64,000 nt of DNA, taken from contig CAVXRD010000001.1 in the NCBI GenBank assembly GCA_963764165.1, positions 1,499,070 to 1,563,069 of the forward strand, written 5' to 3'. Origin of the DNA: an uncultured Verrucomicrobiae bacterium. Its GTDB lineage: Bacteria; Verrucomicrobiota; Verrucomicrobiia; Limisphaerales; Palsa-1400. Below, in pieces: positions 12,342-23,700 of this stretch (the first letter of the stretch is position 1; the number at the start of each line of letters is the position of its first letter). The translations under genes and the position numbers were made by a program. Below the pieces are notes generated by a model that saw only the letters and a list, made by a program, of their open reading frames with translations, was not told the DNA's origin and searched no databases.

Positions 12342-12797
12342 TCAAGTCTGCAAGCCTTTGAAGGCGTTCACGAGGTCGGCGGCCTGAAACGGTTTGTGCA
12401 AGAACGAACGCGCCCCAAGTCCGTAGGCGCGCTTGGCCATCGCCGCATCCGTAGTGGCTGTTAAAACGATGACCGGCACGCGATGATGCGGCGGATTGTC
12501 CCGCATCCATGCCAGCACATCAAATCCATCCACGCCCGGCATCTTAAGATCCAACAGCACCGCGACGGGATAGGGGAATTTTGCGCGATCGGAAAAATCT
12601 CCCGTTCCCTGCAAATAGGCAAGACAGCCCTCGCCGGAATCAACAAGCCTAGCGGAAAGCCCCGGAAAAGCCTTTTCCACAACGTCACACGTCAAAGCTG
12701 CAATATTGCGCTCGTCATCGACGACGAGGACAGTGCCTGTCATTTGAGGATTTTTCTCCACTTCCAATTGTCTATTTCCCATCCCAAGCCAACGCAA
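12342..12797 (-). CDS. single-domain response regulator
   Basis: VLVVDD..LLDLKMPGVDG..VIVLT..FLHKP. Confidence 0.9.
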   Translation of the reverse strand: MRWLGMGNRQLEVEKNPQMTGTVLVVDDERNIAALTCDVVEKAFPGLSARLVDSGEGCLAYLQGTGDFSDRAKFPYPVAVLLDLKMPGVDGFDVLAWMRDNPPHHRVPVIVLTATTDAAMAKRAYGLGARSFLHKPFQAADLVNAFKGLQT

Positions 12798-12922
12798 TCA
12801 GGCCAACCCTGATCGGCGGTCGGGGATTTCCTTAGCGGTTGGCGCTGTCAATTACAAGCGCGATTTTTCCTTTGACAGGGCTGCCCGGCAAGCCACAGAA
12901 TTTTGCTGGCTCTCCAATCACC

Positions 12923-13753
12923 GTGAAAAAGTGCTTGTTCAATTCCAGAAGTTACAATGGCCGGAGCGTGGCTTGGTCGAAGCAAAGATTCGCAGCCGGC
13001 GCTTTTACCCTCGCCGAGTTGCTCGTGACAATCACGATCATCGCCATTCTGGCGGCTTTGCTGCTTCCCGCGCTTGGGCGGGCGAAGCGTCAAGCCCGAG
13101 ACGTCAGTTGCATCAACAACTTGCGGCAAATGCTGCTCGTCTTCCATCTGGACATTGACGCTAATTGGGGCGGCGAGGTGGATTGGCTCAATCGTGACGT
13201 GGCCTTATCCAAATCGTGGATTTGCCCCTGCGCGACCAGGACTCCAACCAATATCAGCCTTGGAGCGATGGACACCACCTGGATGTATGGCATAGGCGGC
13301 ATCATGCCGCAACCACGCGCGGCAGGATATGCAATCAACGGCTGGCTTCTCTGGGAGAACGCGGATGGGCAGCCCATGATTTACCAAACCGATCAAGATC
13401 CCCAAGTCTTCCGAAATGAGTCTGATATCATCAGACCTGCAATGACACCTGTTCTCGCGGATGGCATCTTCGCTTATACCTACCCTGAAGAGACGGATCT
13501 CCCCGCCAGCGACCTTTATACCTATCCAACGAACTCCTTACTGCCTTTGGGAATGAATATTTTCAACATCCCTCGACACGGGGACGCCCCGCCCAGCGCG
13601 CCGACCAATTGGCCCATTAGCCGCCCTCTGCCGGGTGCAGTGAACGTCGGTTTTTATGATGGACACGTTCAGGTCGCGAAATTGGATTACCTTTGGCAGC
13701 TCTACTGGCACGTGGGTTACGTTGCGCCAGCGAAAAGGCCGGGGCTTCTTTAA
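12923..13753 (+). CDS. prepilin-type N-terminal cleavage / H-X9-DG domain protein
   Basis: [32 protein letters not shown]; C-terminal [12 protein letters not shown]; start chosen at GTG 12923 (uncertain). Confidence 0.85.
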   Translation: MKKCLFNSRSYNGRSVAWSKQRFAAGAFTLAELLVTITIIAILAALLLPALGRAKRQARDVSCINNLRQMLLVFHLDIDANWGGEVDWLNRDVALSKSWICPCATRTPTNISLGAMDTTWMYGIGGIMPQPRAAGYAINGWLLWENADGQPMIYQTDQDPQVFRNESDIIRPAMTPVLADGIFAYTYPEETDLPASDLYTYPTNSLLPLGMNIFNIPRHGDAPPSAPTNWPISRPLPGAVNVGFYDGHVQVAKLDYLWQLYWHVGYVAPAKRPGLL

Positions 13754-13775
13754 CTTCAAGTCACAGCGCCCGCTA

Positions 13776-15230
13776 CTATTCCTTGGCTCCGTGTTGACGC
13801 AGCAGGTTCGCAGTATTGTTTTGTCCGCGAGATTTGGCCTGCCAGAGGGGCGTCTTGCCATCATTGTCTCTCACGTTGATGTCAGATCCGGCTGCGAGAA
13901 GGACTTCCACAACATCTGGATGCCCGTGGTACGCTGCCATGTGCAATGGCGTGAAACCGTATTGGTCCCGCACCGTCACATCCGCTTTGTGGGCAATCAA
14001 TAATTCGGCAATGGCTTTGCTTCCTGAATACGCGGCTTCGTCCAACGGAGTGCACATAAGCGAGCCTTTAATATTAACATCAGCACCGTGAGCAATCAGT
14101 TCCTCCGCGACAATTAGATGATCGTATCTTGCCGCCGCTTCAAGAGCGGTTTCCCCCCTTTGGTTCTTCGAATTTACGTCTGCGCCGTGTTCTAGGAGAA
14201 GCTCAACAACGTTGTCGCGTCCCTCATGCGCGGCGATAAGCAAGGGCGAATCCCCAAAGCCGTTATTCCCTGAGAAGTCGTTTACATTAGCCCCTGCGGC
14301 GAGTAAAACCGCAGCAACTCCAGCGTGCCCTGCTTCTGCTGCGTGGTACAAGGGGGAATAGCCCAGATAATCCTTTGCGTTCACCGTTTGGGCATCGGCT
14401 TTTAGGAGCGCTTGGATGGCTTCGACATCTCCGGCGGACGCGGCGTCGAGAATGTTCGCCTTCGCCCCGCGTTGTCGCAAAATGGCCGCGATCTCCGGAT
14501 GGTGATATTCCAGCGCCAATGACAGCGCCGTATCTCCTTGTGTATCTTTGAGGTTCGGGTTTGCGCCCTTTGCTAGCAGTATCTTGAGCGCTTCCAAATG
14601 ACCCATTTGGGCTGCCGCCATAAGCGGCGTTTCGTTAAGTTCGTCTCCCAAGCAGTTCACGTCTGCGCCATTTTCCATAAGGAAATTCATCATTTCAATT
14701 TGGCCTTCAACACAGGTGCCAAAAAAGGCTTTGTTGATGGACTTCAAGTCAGCGTTAGGCGGAAAGTAAGTTTTTGCTGTACCAAGGCGTCCCTCGCCTG
14801 CGGCTTCCAAAAAAATATCTGATCTGCTGACCCTTGAGCCGGGAATTTGCACCACGAGTCGCTGCCACCACAGATACGGAATGTAATCCATCGCGACAGT
14901 CAGCACTGTAGCCGCAATGACTGCGGACTGAAATGTTGTGAGTGGACGAAAGCGTTTTGATGCAACGACAAGCGCAGCCACGACCAACAGCCAAACATGA
15001 GTCAACCCAGAGGAAAGCACCCCGAGGATAAAAAAACCAAGTGCTTGATGGGCTAGGGAAAACCCGGTATTTTGAAGCCCGCGCTCCCAAGTCAGATAGC
15101 TCTGTTCGTATACCATCCTTGCAGTCAAGAGAAAGGCGAAAGGGAAAATAACGAGCCAGCAAACCATCACCCACTTAGGCAGTCCCGATCTCCTCTTTTC
15201 GGAATTTAGCGGCTGTCGACTTGAAGTCAT
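13776..15230 (-). CDS. membrane-anchored ankyrin repeat protein
   Basis: N-terminal TM helices; repeated G.TPLH.AA..G...VV..LL..GADVN. Confidence 0.9.
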   Translation of the reverse strand: MTSSRQPLNSEKRRSGLPKWVMVCWLVIFPFAFLLTARMVYEQSYLTWERGLQNTGFSLAHQALGFFILGVLSSGLTHVWLLVVAALVVASKRFRPLTTFQSAVIAATVLTVAMDYIPYLWWQRLVVQIPGSRVSRSDIFLEAAGEGRLGTAKTYFPPNADLKSINKAFFGTCVEGQIEMMNFLMENGADVNCLGDELNETPLMAAAQMGHLEALKILLAKGANPNLKDTQGDTALSLALEYHHPEIAAILRQRGAKANILDAASAGDVEAIQALLKADAQTVNAKDYLGYSPLYHAAEAGHAGVAAVLLAAGANVNDFSGNNGFGDSPLLIAAHEGRDNVVELLLEHGADVNSKNQRGETALEAAARYDHLIVAEELIAHGADVNIKGSLMCTPLDEAAYSGSKAIAELLIAHKADVTVRDQYGFTPLHMAAYHGHPDVVEVLLAAGSDINVRDNDGKTPLWQAKSRGQNNTANLLRQHGAKE

Positions 15231-15263
15231 TGATTTCGCAACTGCGCCTGAATCGCGCTTAGT

Positions 15264-15738
15264 TCACGTCCACAATTGCCGGTCCAGGGATCGGTACTGG
15301 ATGGCTTCCGAGACGTGTTCCGCTCCGACCGTTTCCGCGCCAGCCAGATCCGCGATGGTGCGGGCGACTTTTAGAATTCTATCATAAGCGCGCGCGCTCA
15401 AATTCAAATCCGCCATCGCGAACTTCAGCAATTCCTTCGTCGATTCGTCAATGGCGCAAAATGCTTTCAGTTCCTTGCTGCCCATGCGCGCGTTGCAGGT
15501 GACGGAACGTTTGTTGGCGAAGCGGGCCTGCTGACGCTTGCGCGCCGCAACCACACGATTGCGAATGGTCGCCGAGTTTTCCCCAGTTTGCTCGGCGCTG
15601 ATGTCGCGGAACTTCACTTCCGAAACTTCAATGTGCAAATCAATGCGGTCAAGCAGCGGCCCGGAAATTCGACCGAGATAATTTTGAATTTCCCTTGGCG
15701 AACTGCGCGATTCGCCCGGCATTTTTCCATCGGGCGTG
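15264..15738 (-). pseudogene. comM: 3' fragment of comM/yifB (Mg-chelatase-like AAA+ ATPase) interrupted by island integration
   Basis: TPDGK..SSPREIQNYLGRISGPLLDRIDLHIEV..CNARM..LSARAYDRILKVARTIADL..HVSEAIQYR; similarity stops just before TPDGK, where the AAMNP motif is expected; the 5' part is not in the window. Confidence 0.9.
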
Positions 15739-15755
15739 CGCCATGTTGCCTTTTT
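15724..15755. other. hybrid att site (comM half + element half)
   Basis: comM coding sequence joins ..CGCCA-TGTTGCCTTTTT, the right arm of the full palindromes at 16034 and 32397. Confidence 0.7.
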
Positions 15756-16255
15756 GTGAACGGACTGTGAGCGTCTCACGATCCAAGTATCTTCCGTCCA
15801 TGAACAGAGGAATATCAATCCCAAAAGAGCCAAAGACAATCGGCGAATTTCTAAGAAAACGGCGATTGGAACTCGGCATATTTCAGTCGGAAGCGGCTCT
15901 CAAGCTGGGAGTTAGCACGGTCACCCTGAGCCGGTGGGAGTGCGGCAAGGTATATCCAACATGGCCTCAACAACCCTCCGTCACAGCCTATCTCGGCCAC
16001 AATCCATTCACCGATCCGGCCCTCGGAAAGCCCAAAGGCAACGAATCCCAGCGCGTTGCCTTTTTAGGATCCGGCGAGTCTCAAAACCTTGGTCAACAGA
16101 TCGTCAGCCATTGCCTTAAAATGAGGAAAACGATCCGAAAGTTCGCTGAGGAGGCAGGGATAAGCTCCAAAACAATTTGGAATTGGAAGACGGGCCGAAG
16201 GCAGCCAAGCCGCGCCGCTCACAAGCGAATCGCTGAACTGTTGGCAGCGCAATAA
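15743..16255 (+). CDS. tandem XRE-type HTH protein (copy 1)
   Basis: MLPFCERT..KTIGEFLRKRRLELGIFQSEAALKLGVSTVTLSRWE and a second HTH ..GISSKTIWNWKTGRRQP; ATG lies inside the att-like site. Confidence 0.75.
   Translation: MLPFCERTVSVSRSKYLPSMNRGISIPKEPKTIGEFLRKRRLELGIFQSEAALKLGVSTVTLSRWECGKVYPTWPQQPSVTAYLGHNPFTDPALGKPKGNESQRVAFLGSGESQNLGQQIVSHCLKMRKTIRKFAEEAGISSKTIWNWKTGRRQPSRAAHKRIAELLAAQ
16034..16063. repeat. attP-like inverted repeat
   Basis: AAAGGCAACG-AATCCCAGCG-CGTTGCCTTT: perfect 10-bp arms with a 10-bp spacer. Confidence 0.75.
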
Positions 16256-16536
16256 CTGCTTGGCAAAAGGGATCGATCCCGATCCTCACCTCCACTTCTA
16301 ACCGCTTGTGCGGAAATGGGTTGGGAGGCCAGGAAAGTCAATTGCTAACAGTTTGGCTAACAATATTCGGATTGCGCCAAAATTGTGCCACAATTCGGGA
16401 GGATTCTCCCGTTATTGCCCGACTGCGGGAATCTTCGCCTCGGTAGTCCACGGGCGAACGTGGCGCAGATGTGGCCAGCAAGGTGATTCGCGTGACTGAT
16501 GATGCTTGCGGCAAATGGTATGCCGCGTAACGAAAA

Positions 16537-17115
16537 TCATGATTTCCTGATTTCGTGGAAGAGCCAGGTCCTGGAAAAAACCCAGTAGTTTTTTGCGGAC
16601 GTGAGAGAAATCCCCAATAGTTCCGAAACTTCCTTGATCGTTAGCCCGGCAAAATAGCGAAGCTTGACCAGTTCGGCTTGAAGCGGGTGTTTCACAGCGA
16701 ACTTATTCAGCGCCTCGTGCAGCGCCAGCAGTTGGTCGTCGGCTTCCGACGCGGCAATGTTGCACTCCTCAACGGGGATCCGTTCGCCGCTGGCACCGTG
16801 GCGAGCCGTCAGTTTCCGGCGGGCCCTGTCAATTAAAATTCGCCGCATAGCCTCGGCGGCTGCGGAAAAGAAATGGGCGCGGTTTTCAAACCTCGGATTC
16901 TCCGACCCGACCAATCGCAGCCATGCCTCGTGCACCAGGGCCGTGGGCTGCAGCGTTTGTCCGGGCGCTTCGCGAGCCATTTTGCTAGCGGCCAGCCGTC
17001 GCAATTCCTGATAAACCAATTCAAGCAGTTTCTCGGCGGAACGAGGCTCGCCCTCTCCGATGGCTCTGAGAAGGGCGGTGGCATCAGTTGCATGCGCCGG
17101 CGAAGGTCGTTGCAT
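16537..17115 (-). CDS. ECF sigma factor (Planctomycete/Verrucomicrobia kinase-associated type)
   Basis: LVYQELRRLAA..TLQPTALVHEAWLRL..HFFSAAAEAMRRILID..VKLRYFAGLT. Confidence 0.9.
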   Translation of the reverse strand: MQRPSPAHATDATALLRAIGEGEPRSAEKLLELVYQELRRLAASKMAREAPGQTLQPTALVHEAWLRLVGSENPRFENRAHFFSAAAEAMRRILIDRARRKLTARHGASGERIPVEECNIAASEADDQLLALHEALNKFAVKHPLQAELVKLRYFAGLTIKEVSELLGISLTSAKNYWVFSRTWLFHEIRKS

Positions 17116-17228
17116 GGTAGAAATTACTTCACCACAACATGGCGTCGCGTGTGCGCGTATTTGTGTACACCTCGGCTTAGGGTGTTTTTACAAAATGCTT
17201 AATATAAGCAATTTACAACTTTATCGCC

Positions 17229-17256
17229 AAGGGTTCGAATCCCTTCGCTCGCTCCA
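17229..17256 (+). other. tRNA 3'-end remnant (probably Gly), att-site scar
   Basis: AAGGG-TTCGAAT-CCCTT T-arm followed by CGCTCGC-T-CCA; no D or anticodon arm upstream. Confidence 0.7.
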
Positions 17257-17450
17257 ATTTCTACCACAATCACTTACGTAAGAAGCATCTTCGCGGCATA
17301 ACCTTTTCGCATAACAAATTCAAAGCTGTTCACGACTATTTACCGCTGATTATCGCTGTCATTTTTGACGAATAATTCGTTTTTTCCGCGATTTGGTTTT
17401 CCGCTGATGGCCTCCCAATAAATATTTTTTCTCCACAAACTGAGATTCAT

Positions 17451-17735
17451 TCACGCTTTCCACCGTTCCGCTCCTCGCTGGATCGCTGTTACCTCCACAG
17501 CCTCGGCCAATCGCTGGAACGCAAGATTCTGCCGATTACGAGGCTCAGTCCTCTTTCCCGTAAAGCCGTTCAACTCATGATCAAACCGCCGCTCATGTCG
17601 CTGTCGAACTCGCTCCCAATAAAAAACAATCGCATCCTTCCGTTGAAATAAAAACCCACGCTCCGGCAGGCGGTCACTCTTTTTTCCGTTCACTTGAAGA
17701 TCACACGGAAGCAGGTTCCATAGATCGTTGCAGTG
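17451..17735 (-). pseudogene. C-terminal remnant of an HNH-domain protein
   Basis: HCNDLWNLLPCDLQVNGKKSDRLP (second half of an HNH motif); the 5' part is replaced by the upstream gene's terminator. Confidence 0.65.
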
Positions 17736-17743
17736 TGATAGAT

Positions 17744-17770
17744 AAAAGAAGCCCGCACAGAGGCGAACTT
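17744..17770 (-). terminator. intrinsic terminator
   Basis: Minus strand AAGTTCGC-CTCTGT-GCGGGCTT-CTTTT, just after the 1998-aa gene. Confidence 0.6.
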
Positions 17771-17789
17771 ATTTCCCAAGCCGCGGATA

Positions 17790-20700
17790 CTAGTCTTCAG
17801 TTTTAAATGACACATCCGCACCCTGGCTCAGGCCGAGGCCGTTTACCGCGTTTATCCGATAGTGGTAAGTCGTGTTGCGGCTTAGACCCGAGAGGCTGAA
17901 GATAAGTCTCTGGGCCGAGGTTCCAATCCCGGTATGGGTGGTGGACGTGCCATAACTCGTCGTGGTTCCGAATTCAAAATAGACCGACGCGGGTGCTCCG
18001 TTGGGGTTGACATAGCCCGCCAGTTGCGCGGTGGTGCCGAGGACATTCGTTGCAGGAGAAGTCGTAACGCTCGGGAGGGCGGCGGTGGAGAAGTAAAGCG
18101 AGCTCGAAGAAACGCTTTCGTTGCCGAGGCTGTTGAACGCGGTCATGGACCATTGATATTCCTTCCCAAGTTCAAGGTACCCAGCCGGCAGGGCTTGGTT
18201 GGAACCGTGGGCGGAATAATTAACAATGAGACTGCCCGTGGGATAGGCATAGATGGCGATATTGAAACTAGAAGCCTGACTCTCTCCGGTATAGGTGAAG
18301 TTGGGAGTTGTGGTCGCGAAGGCGGAATTGGAGGGTAAGGACGTGCCGGGTGATAACAGGGTGGGTGGCACGGGCACCCAAACGGTGGTAAAATTGGTAT
18401 CCGCGCCATAAGTGATCCCGCCGCTGTTCACCGCATTGATGCGATAGTGATAGGTGGTTGAAGAACTCAAGCCAGTGAGGGTGGCTTGAAAATCTCCCTG
18501 TGACGCGGTGCCGATGCCAGTTTGGGTGGTGACCCAGCCATAGCTGGTGTTGGTCCCGTATTCGAAATAGGTGGTGGTTCCGCCCCCGTTGGGATTGACG
18601 CTTCCATTCAGAACCGCACCCGTGGTGGTGACCGAGCTTGCGGCCAGCGTCTGGACGATGGGTGGCGGTTGCGAGGCTCCAGGGCTGGTTGTAAAAATAA
18701 CGTCCGCTCCATATGTGATTCCTCCGCCATTCACGGCATTGATTCGATAATGATAGGTAGTGGAGGGATTCAGGCCGGAGATGGTAGCTTGGAAATCACT
18801 TTGTGGCGCTGTGCCGATGCCAGTTTGAGTGGTAACTTCGCCATAGCTTGTGCTGGTGCCGTATTCGAAATACGTGGTGGCACCTCCGCCATTCGGGTCG
18901 ACGCTTCCATTTAATACAGCTCCGCTGGATGTCACGGAACTCGCGGCGAGCGTCTGGACTGTGGGGGGTGATTGCGATCCTCCCCCGGTGGTGGTAAAGG
19001 TGGCGTCCGCTCCGAATCCTTCTCCCGACGAGCTATAAGCAATGGCGCGAAAATGGTAGGTTGTGTTCGGGCTTAGTCCCGTGATGGGAGTGCTGTAGGT
19101 TTGAGCATCGTAATAGTCGGAGGTGGTGAAAAACTGGTTCGTGTAGGTCGAACTTCCATAGCTTGTATCGAGCCCATATTCGAACAAACCAGCAATGGGC
19201 AACCCGTTTCCATTGACGCTGCCGTTCAACGTGACCGAAGTGGCAGCCACGGAACTGGCGGAGAAGGTCAGGACGGTCGGAAGAGCAGGAGGGGGCGCGG
19301 CAGTTGTAACAAACTGGTCTCCACCATAGCTGACGCCGGCGCTGTTGGAGGCAACCAGTTGGAAATGGTAAAGGGTGCCTGGCGAAAGGCTGGCTGCGTA
19401 GGTCACGGCGACCGGATTGGTGATGGCCGCACCGATCACGGTGGCAAAGGTATTCAGGCCGTAATTGGTGTCTCCGCCATATTGGAACCATGCAGTCGTA
19501 TCGTTCCCGCTTGCAAAAGCGCTTCCGTTAAATGTGGCGCCGTTGCTGGTCACCAGTGTGGCAGGCTCCGTCAGCACGGTGGGCGGTTGCGGATTTGTCG
19601 GCGCTGGATCCATGGTTGGGACGACCAATTGGTAAAAGCGTTGTTTGTTCGTCAGTGAATCCGTTGCGATGAGCGCGGAAATGCCGCCGGAAGCGTAAAA
19701 GTTGGTCAGCGTCCGCCAGATCACGGGCCGGGTATCAAGCGCGTCTGTGTAGAGCACCTGGTACGGTCGATAAGCCTGGGCGGTGAAATTGAGGCGGAAT
19801 ACGTTGCTCAGAACCTGGACTGAATCGATCTGAGGCGCCGTGGGCAGAATTTCATATTTCTGCTGCAAGTAGCCGTAGACCATTTGAAGTTCATCGCTGG
19901 TCAGGGCAGTATTGTAAACAAGAAGTTCCGCAATGTCTCCACGCCAAAATGTATCCCCGCTGGCACCGGACAATTTCCCCACGGCATAAGGACCCGCCAG
20001 GCTGGCCATCAGCATAGCCGGTGTGGCCGCCTGCGCGATAACCTCCTGGTTTTGGTACAAGGTGGTAATGTTGGCGCCATCACGGTTGGTTCCCACAACG
20101 ACGGTTAGCACGGAGAAAAGCTGGGGACTGTGCACAACGGCGTTGCCGTTGACAAATTCCCTGCCGAATTGGGCCGTCACAGGGCCTGCACCGAAGAGTC
20201 CAAAGGAAACTGGCTGGCTGGAACCGGTGCTGGCACTGGAAAAGAGTCCCCGGGAAGTGTCGGTCATGCCCTGATCGTTCATCACCGCAACAATGGTAAA
20301 CTGGGGTGACGTGATAACCTGAGTGGGGATAATGAGGGACTGGTTTCCGCTCGCGCCGAACTGCACTGCAGGGAAGCCATTTGCCACGCCCGGCGCCAGC
20401 ATGGGTTCGGCACTTGGGTCGGTTTGGCTCGCATCGTTACCCCAGCCCGATTGGTCGCCCCAGAAAGAAACTAATCCATTGGTGTCGGTCACGAGTTCGG
20501 TGTCGGCGGTGAGCCAAAGGACCAAATTGGTATTGAAAAGGCCCGGGTCAGGCAATGGCTTGGACAAGCCCGAGCGCAATACTTTGACCATCACCGATGC
20601 GCTGGAGCTCCGGCCCATGTAGTCCGTGGCCACCAAGGTCAAAGTTTGGGTGATGGGTGCCAGACCGGAGACACTTATCGAGTTGCCCTGTCCGATTTGC

Positions 20701-23700
20701 TTTTTGCCGGAATACCAGATCAAGCTTCCATCCGGAATCACTTGGTGGCGGTCGTCGACCGCGTTCCCCGCGCAATGGAGAGCTTCCTCGTTGCCGGTGC
20801 TCGAGCCATTTTTGGGGCTGGTGATCGACACGATGGGCGGATTGCCGCCCTCAGCGAACGGGGTCGAAATAACGGTCGTTTCGTTGAAGCCGTCATTTAC
20901 CCGCAAACGCAGCAACGTAGTAGCGCACGTGCTGAAGTGCGAACTGGTAATGGAAACATAATTCGTATCAGGCCCGTAATAGAGTCCATTCCAGGTTTGC
21001 CCCATGTCGGTGGAGAAATCCACCGCCGTCATCAGCATGTCTTTGTCGGCATCCGTTGCCGTCCAATTTACAGTTGTGACCAACTGGCCGATGGCATTGG
21101 GCATATCAGGCACCACATTGTTGATTTGGACCACCGGCGCGTTGGGACTGCGCATCAATTTGGTGATCATCGAACCGTTGTGCATCACGGTCAGGCTGCC
21201 GAAGCCGTCCATGGTGTTGCTGGGAATCAAGGCATCCAAAAGATAGGAGAGTTCGCTATTGGTGTCATCTTGAGCCGTGCTCACGGTCATCGGGATGTCG
21301 TACAACAAATTTCCTGAACCATCCAGAGCCTGCAAATGAAAAGGTGAAGAGGAGGGTGGTCCCAAGTAAGGGAATGTTCCGGGCGTCACATCAAAAATGG
21401 ACGCGCCCAAACGGCTGACCAAGGCATTCACGCGGATGCCAGGGGTATTATTTACGGTGGTCTGATCATCCGAGGTTTCGTAAGGAGGGCAAGACACGTT
21501 GGCGGGGGGATAGCCATAGACCGTATTTGTGCCATAGAAGCCGGCTTGCCCCGAGCCCCCAAGCATCCAGTAAATCGTTTCCTCCCAGCCTTTTGGTGAT
21601 ATCCACTCATCAGGATCAGCGTTGATCCCAAGCAGGGTGCCGATGTCGTTATCGCCGTAAGACATAAAATCATAATAATAGTGGCTTGAGGAACCTCCGG
21701 GTATGGCAGGTCCGCTGATTCCATTGAAATAAACTGGAACCGTCAAGTCGCGGCGGTCGATGCCTACGCCGTCAATGTAACCCATATTATCGGGCGGCCA
21801 CTGCTCCCAGCAACCGCTGGAGGTGTCCCCGGCTCCGCCATTCGGACTGGCGTGAGGTCGTGAAAATTGATGGGAAACCTCATGAATGGCCGAGTTTAAA
21901 GGCCCCAAATTGTCGCGAAACACCGAAACGCTATGGGGGTACAGGAAGCCCAATCCTCCAGCGATCTGGGAAGAGTTATAGGTCTTCCCTCGAATTCGTT
22001 CGGAAAATCCGGACCCGGGGTCGTATTCTGGAAAAATGCCCACGACGATGTTGCCCGTTTGAAAGTAATTGAATTTGTTGGCAATGGCGTGAACTCGCAT
22101 GATGGCAAGGTAGGACCGGTCGTCGCCCGAAATGCTTTGCCCCGCAATCGAAGAGGTGTTCCAAATTCCGGTGATGTCGGAATAGACGGTAAAATCATAC
22201 AGCTTAAGGGGTCCATTACCGGACTGGCTCTCCCCGAGCGGCAACAAATTAATGCCATCGTCCAGGGTTGTTTGCGGTATATTCATGTCACACTCGGGAC
22301 AGGTGGCGTTGTTATTGTTGACGGTCAGGCCAATGGGAATAAATTGAATATTGGGCATGGCCAGAAAGCCAATGTCTGTCATGGTGAGGGTGTCATTCGC
22401 GGGGCAGCAATCCATGCTTGGGACGGCCGGGGCGAGCACCTGCAAGTTCGGCACAAGTTGCGCCTGCAGCGTGATTTTTCCAAACGAGGGAGTAGTCCAG
22501 GACGGTGGCAACGTGAATCTGTAGTCATCTGAACTTGCGCGTTGCGCATCACTAACCACACCGGCCCCAACCCAATGTTGCGGATAAGCGGGATTGGTGC
22601 TCGCAGTTGGAAGCGGACTGCCAGGGAGAGGAGTCACAATGCCAAACGCATCCGCCGCATAACCATAGAGCAGGCAACTGATCTGTGGAACTTTCGTGGC
22701 GGAAGACTGAGGTTGGGGAGAACTCATGGCAGCGAATACGCGGACGACCGTTTTGCCACCCATGGCGAGGTCCACACCCGAGTAGGGGATGGACGACGCG
22801 GGGTTGCCGGTATTCGGATCAGTTGGCCGCACCGGAAGGGCTGTGTATTGAATGCCTTGAGTCACTTCCATGTTGACGATGGCCGCATCGTAGGTGTTGG
22901 CGACCGTCACGTTAAAATTCACGGAGTGGGGACCGTATCCTCCGGCTCCCGATGTCGGCGTCGCGGTGAAGGTTACGTTCTTGTTCAATACTGGAACGGC
23001 CGAGCTGTCTGCGGTCAAAATCACAACGATTAAATCATTGTCAGTTCCCTGAGAGGTAGTGGGCGAGATGCCCGCCGTGACTCCATCGGGCAGACCGGTG
23101 CAGGTGTAAGAAATGTCTCCAGAGGAACCGTTGATTCTTGTCAACTGAATAGTAACCGACGCAAGGAAAGTTCCATTTGCGCTGGTCCCTTCTGGAACCA
23201 ATACTGTGCCAACCGTGGGGGAACCTTGGTATTGGAGGGAGAAGTCCGGCAACTGAGGGCCGGAGAGCGTGTCAAACTCCAAATCATCAATACGGATGTT
23301 CTCGTTATAAAAACCATTGATCACGAAGCTCGCGATGTCTTTTCCCGATGAAGTCACGGAGAGATTGGTCCATCCTTCCTTCGACGCATTTGCTGCCACG
23401 AGAACTTGGTTCGTTCCCACGATGTTGCCTCCAAGATCGTAGGCGGTCAGGGTAACTTGACCGCCGCCGGGTGATTTGGCCCCCACGGAGACGCTTATGT
23501 AAGTGTGATGTGGATCAACGAAAGTCGCTTGCAAATAACTGCTGGGCTGCTCACCGCCATGCGTCGAAATATCTAGGATGTTCGGAGAGGAAGGAGCGGT
23601 GGCGTCCGCGATTACAAAACCAGCCGAGGACTGAAACGGGGCAAAATTTACACCCATGCTGGAATACTGGTCGCTGACGTAGGTTCCGGTCGGAAGGTCA

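Noticed and set aside
15739-15839. N-terminal part of ORF 15264-15839 as a real comM start
   Set aside because: It is the antisense of the HTH gene read through the junction and has no ComM similarity.
17229-17256. Intact tRNA gene
   Set aside because: Only the T-arm and 3' acceptor strand are present.
18390-18970. Duplicated segment as a DGR template/variable repeat pair
   Set aside because: The copies are in-frame tandem protein domains, and no reverse transcriptase is present in the window.
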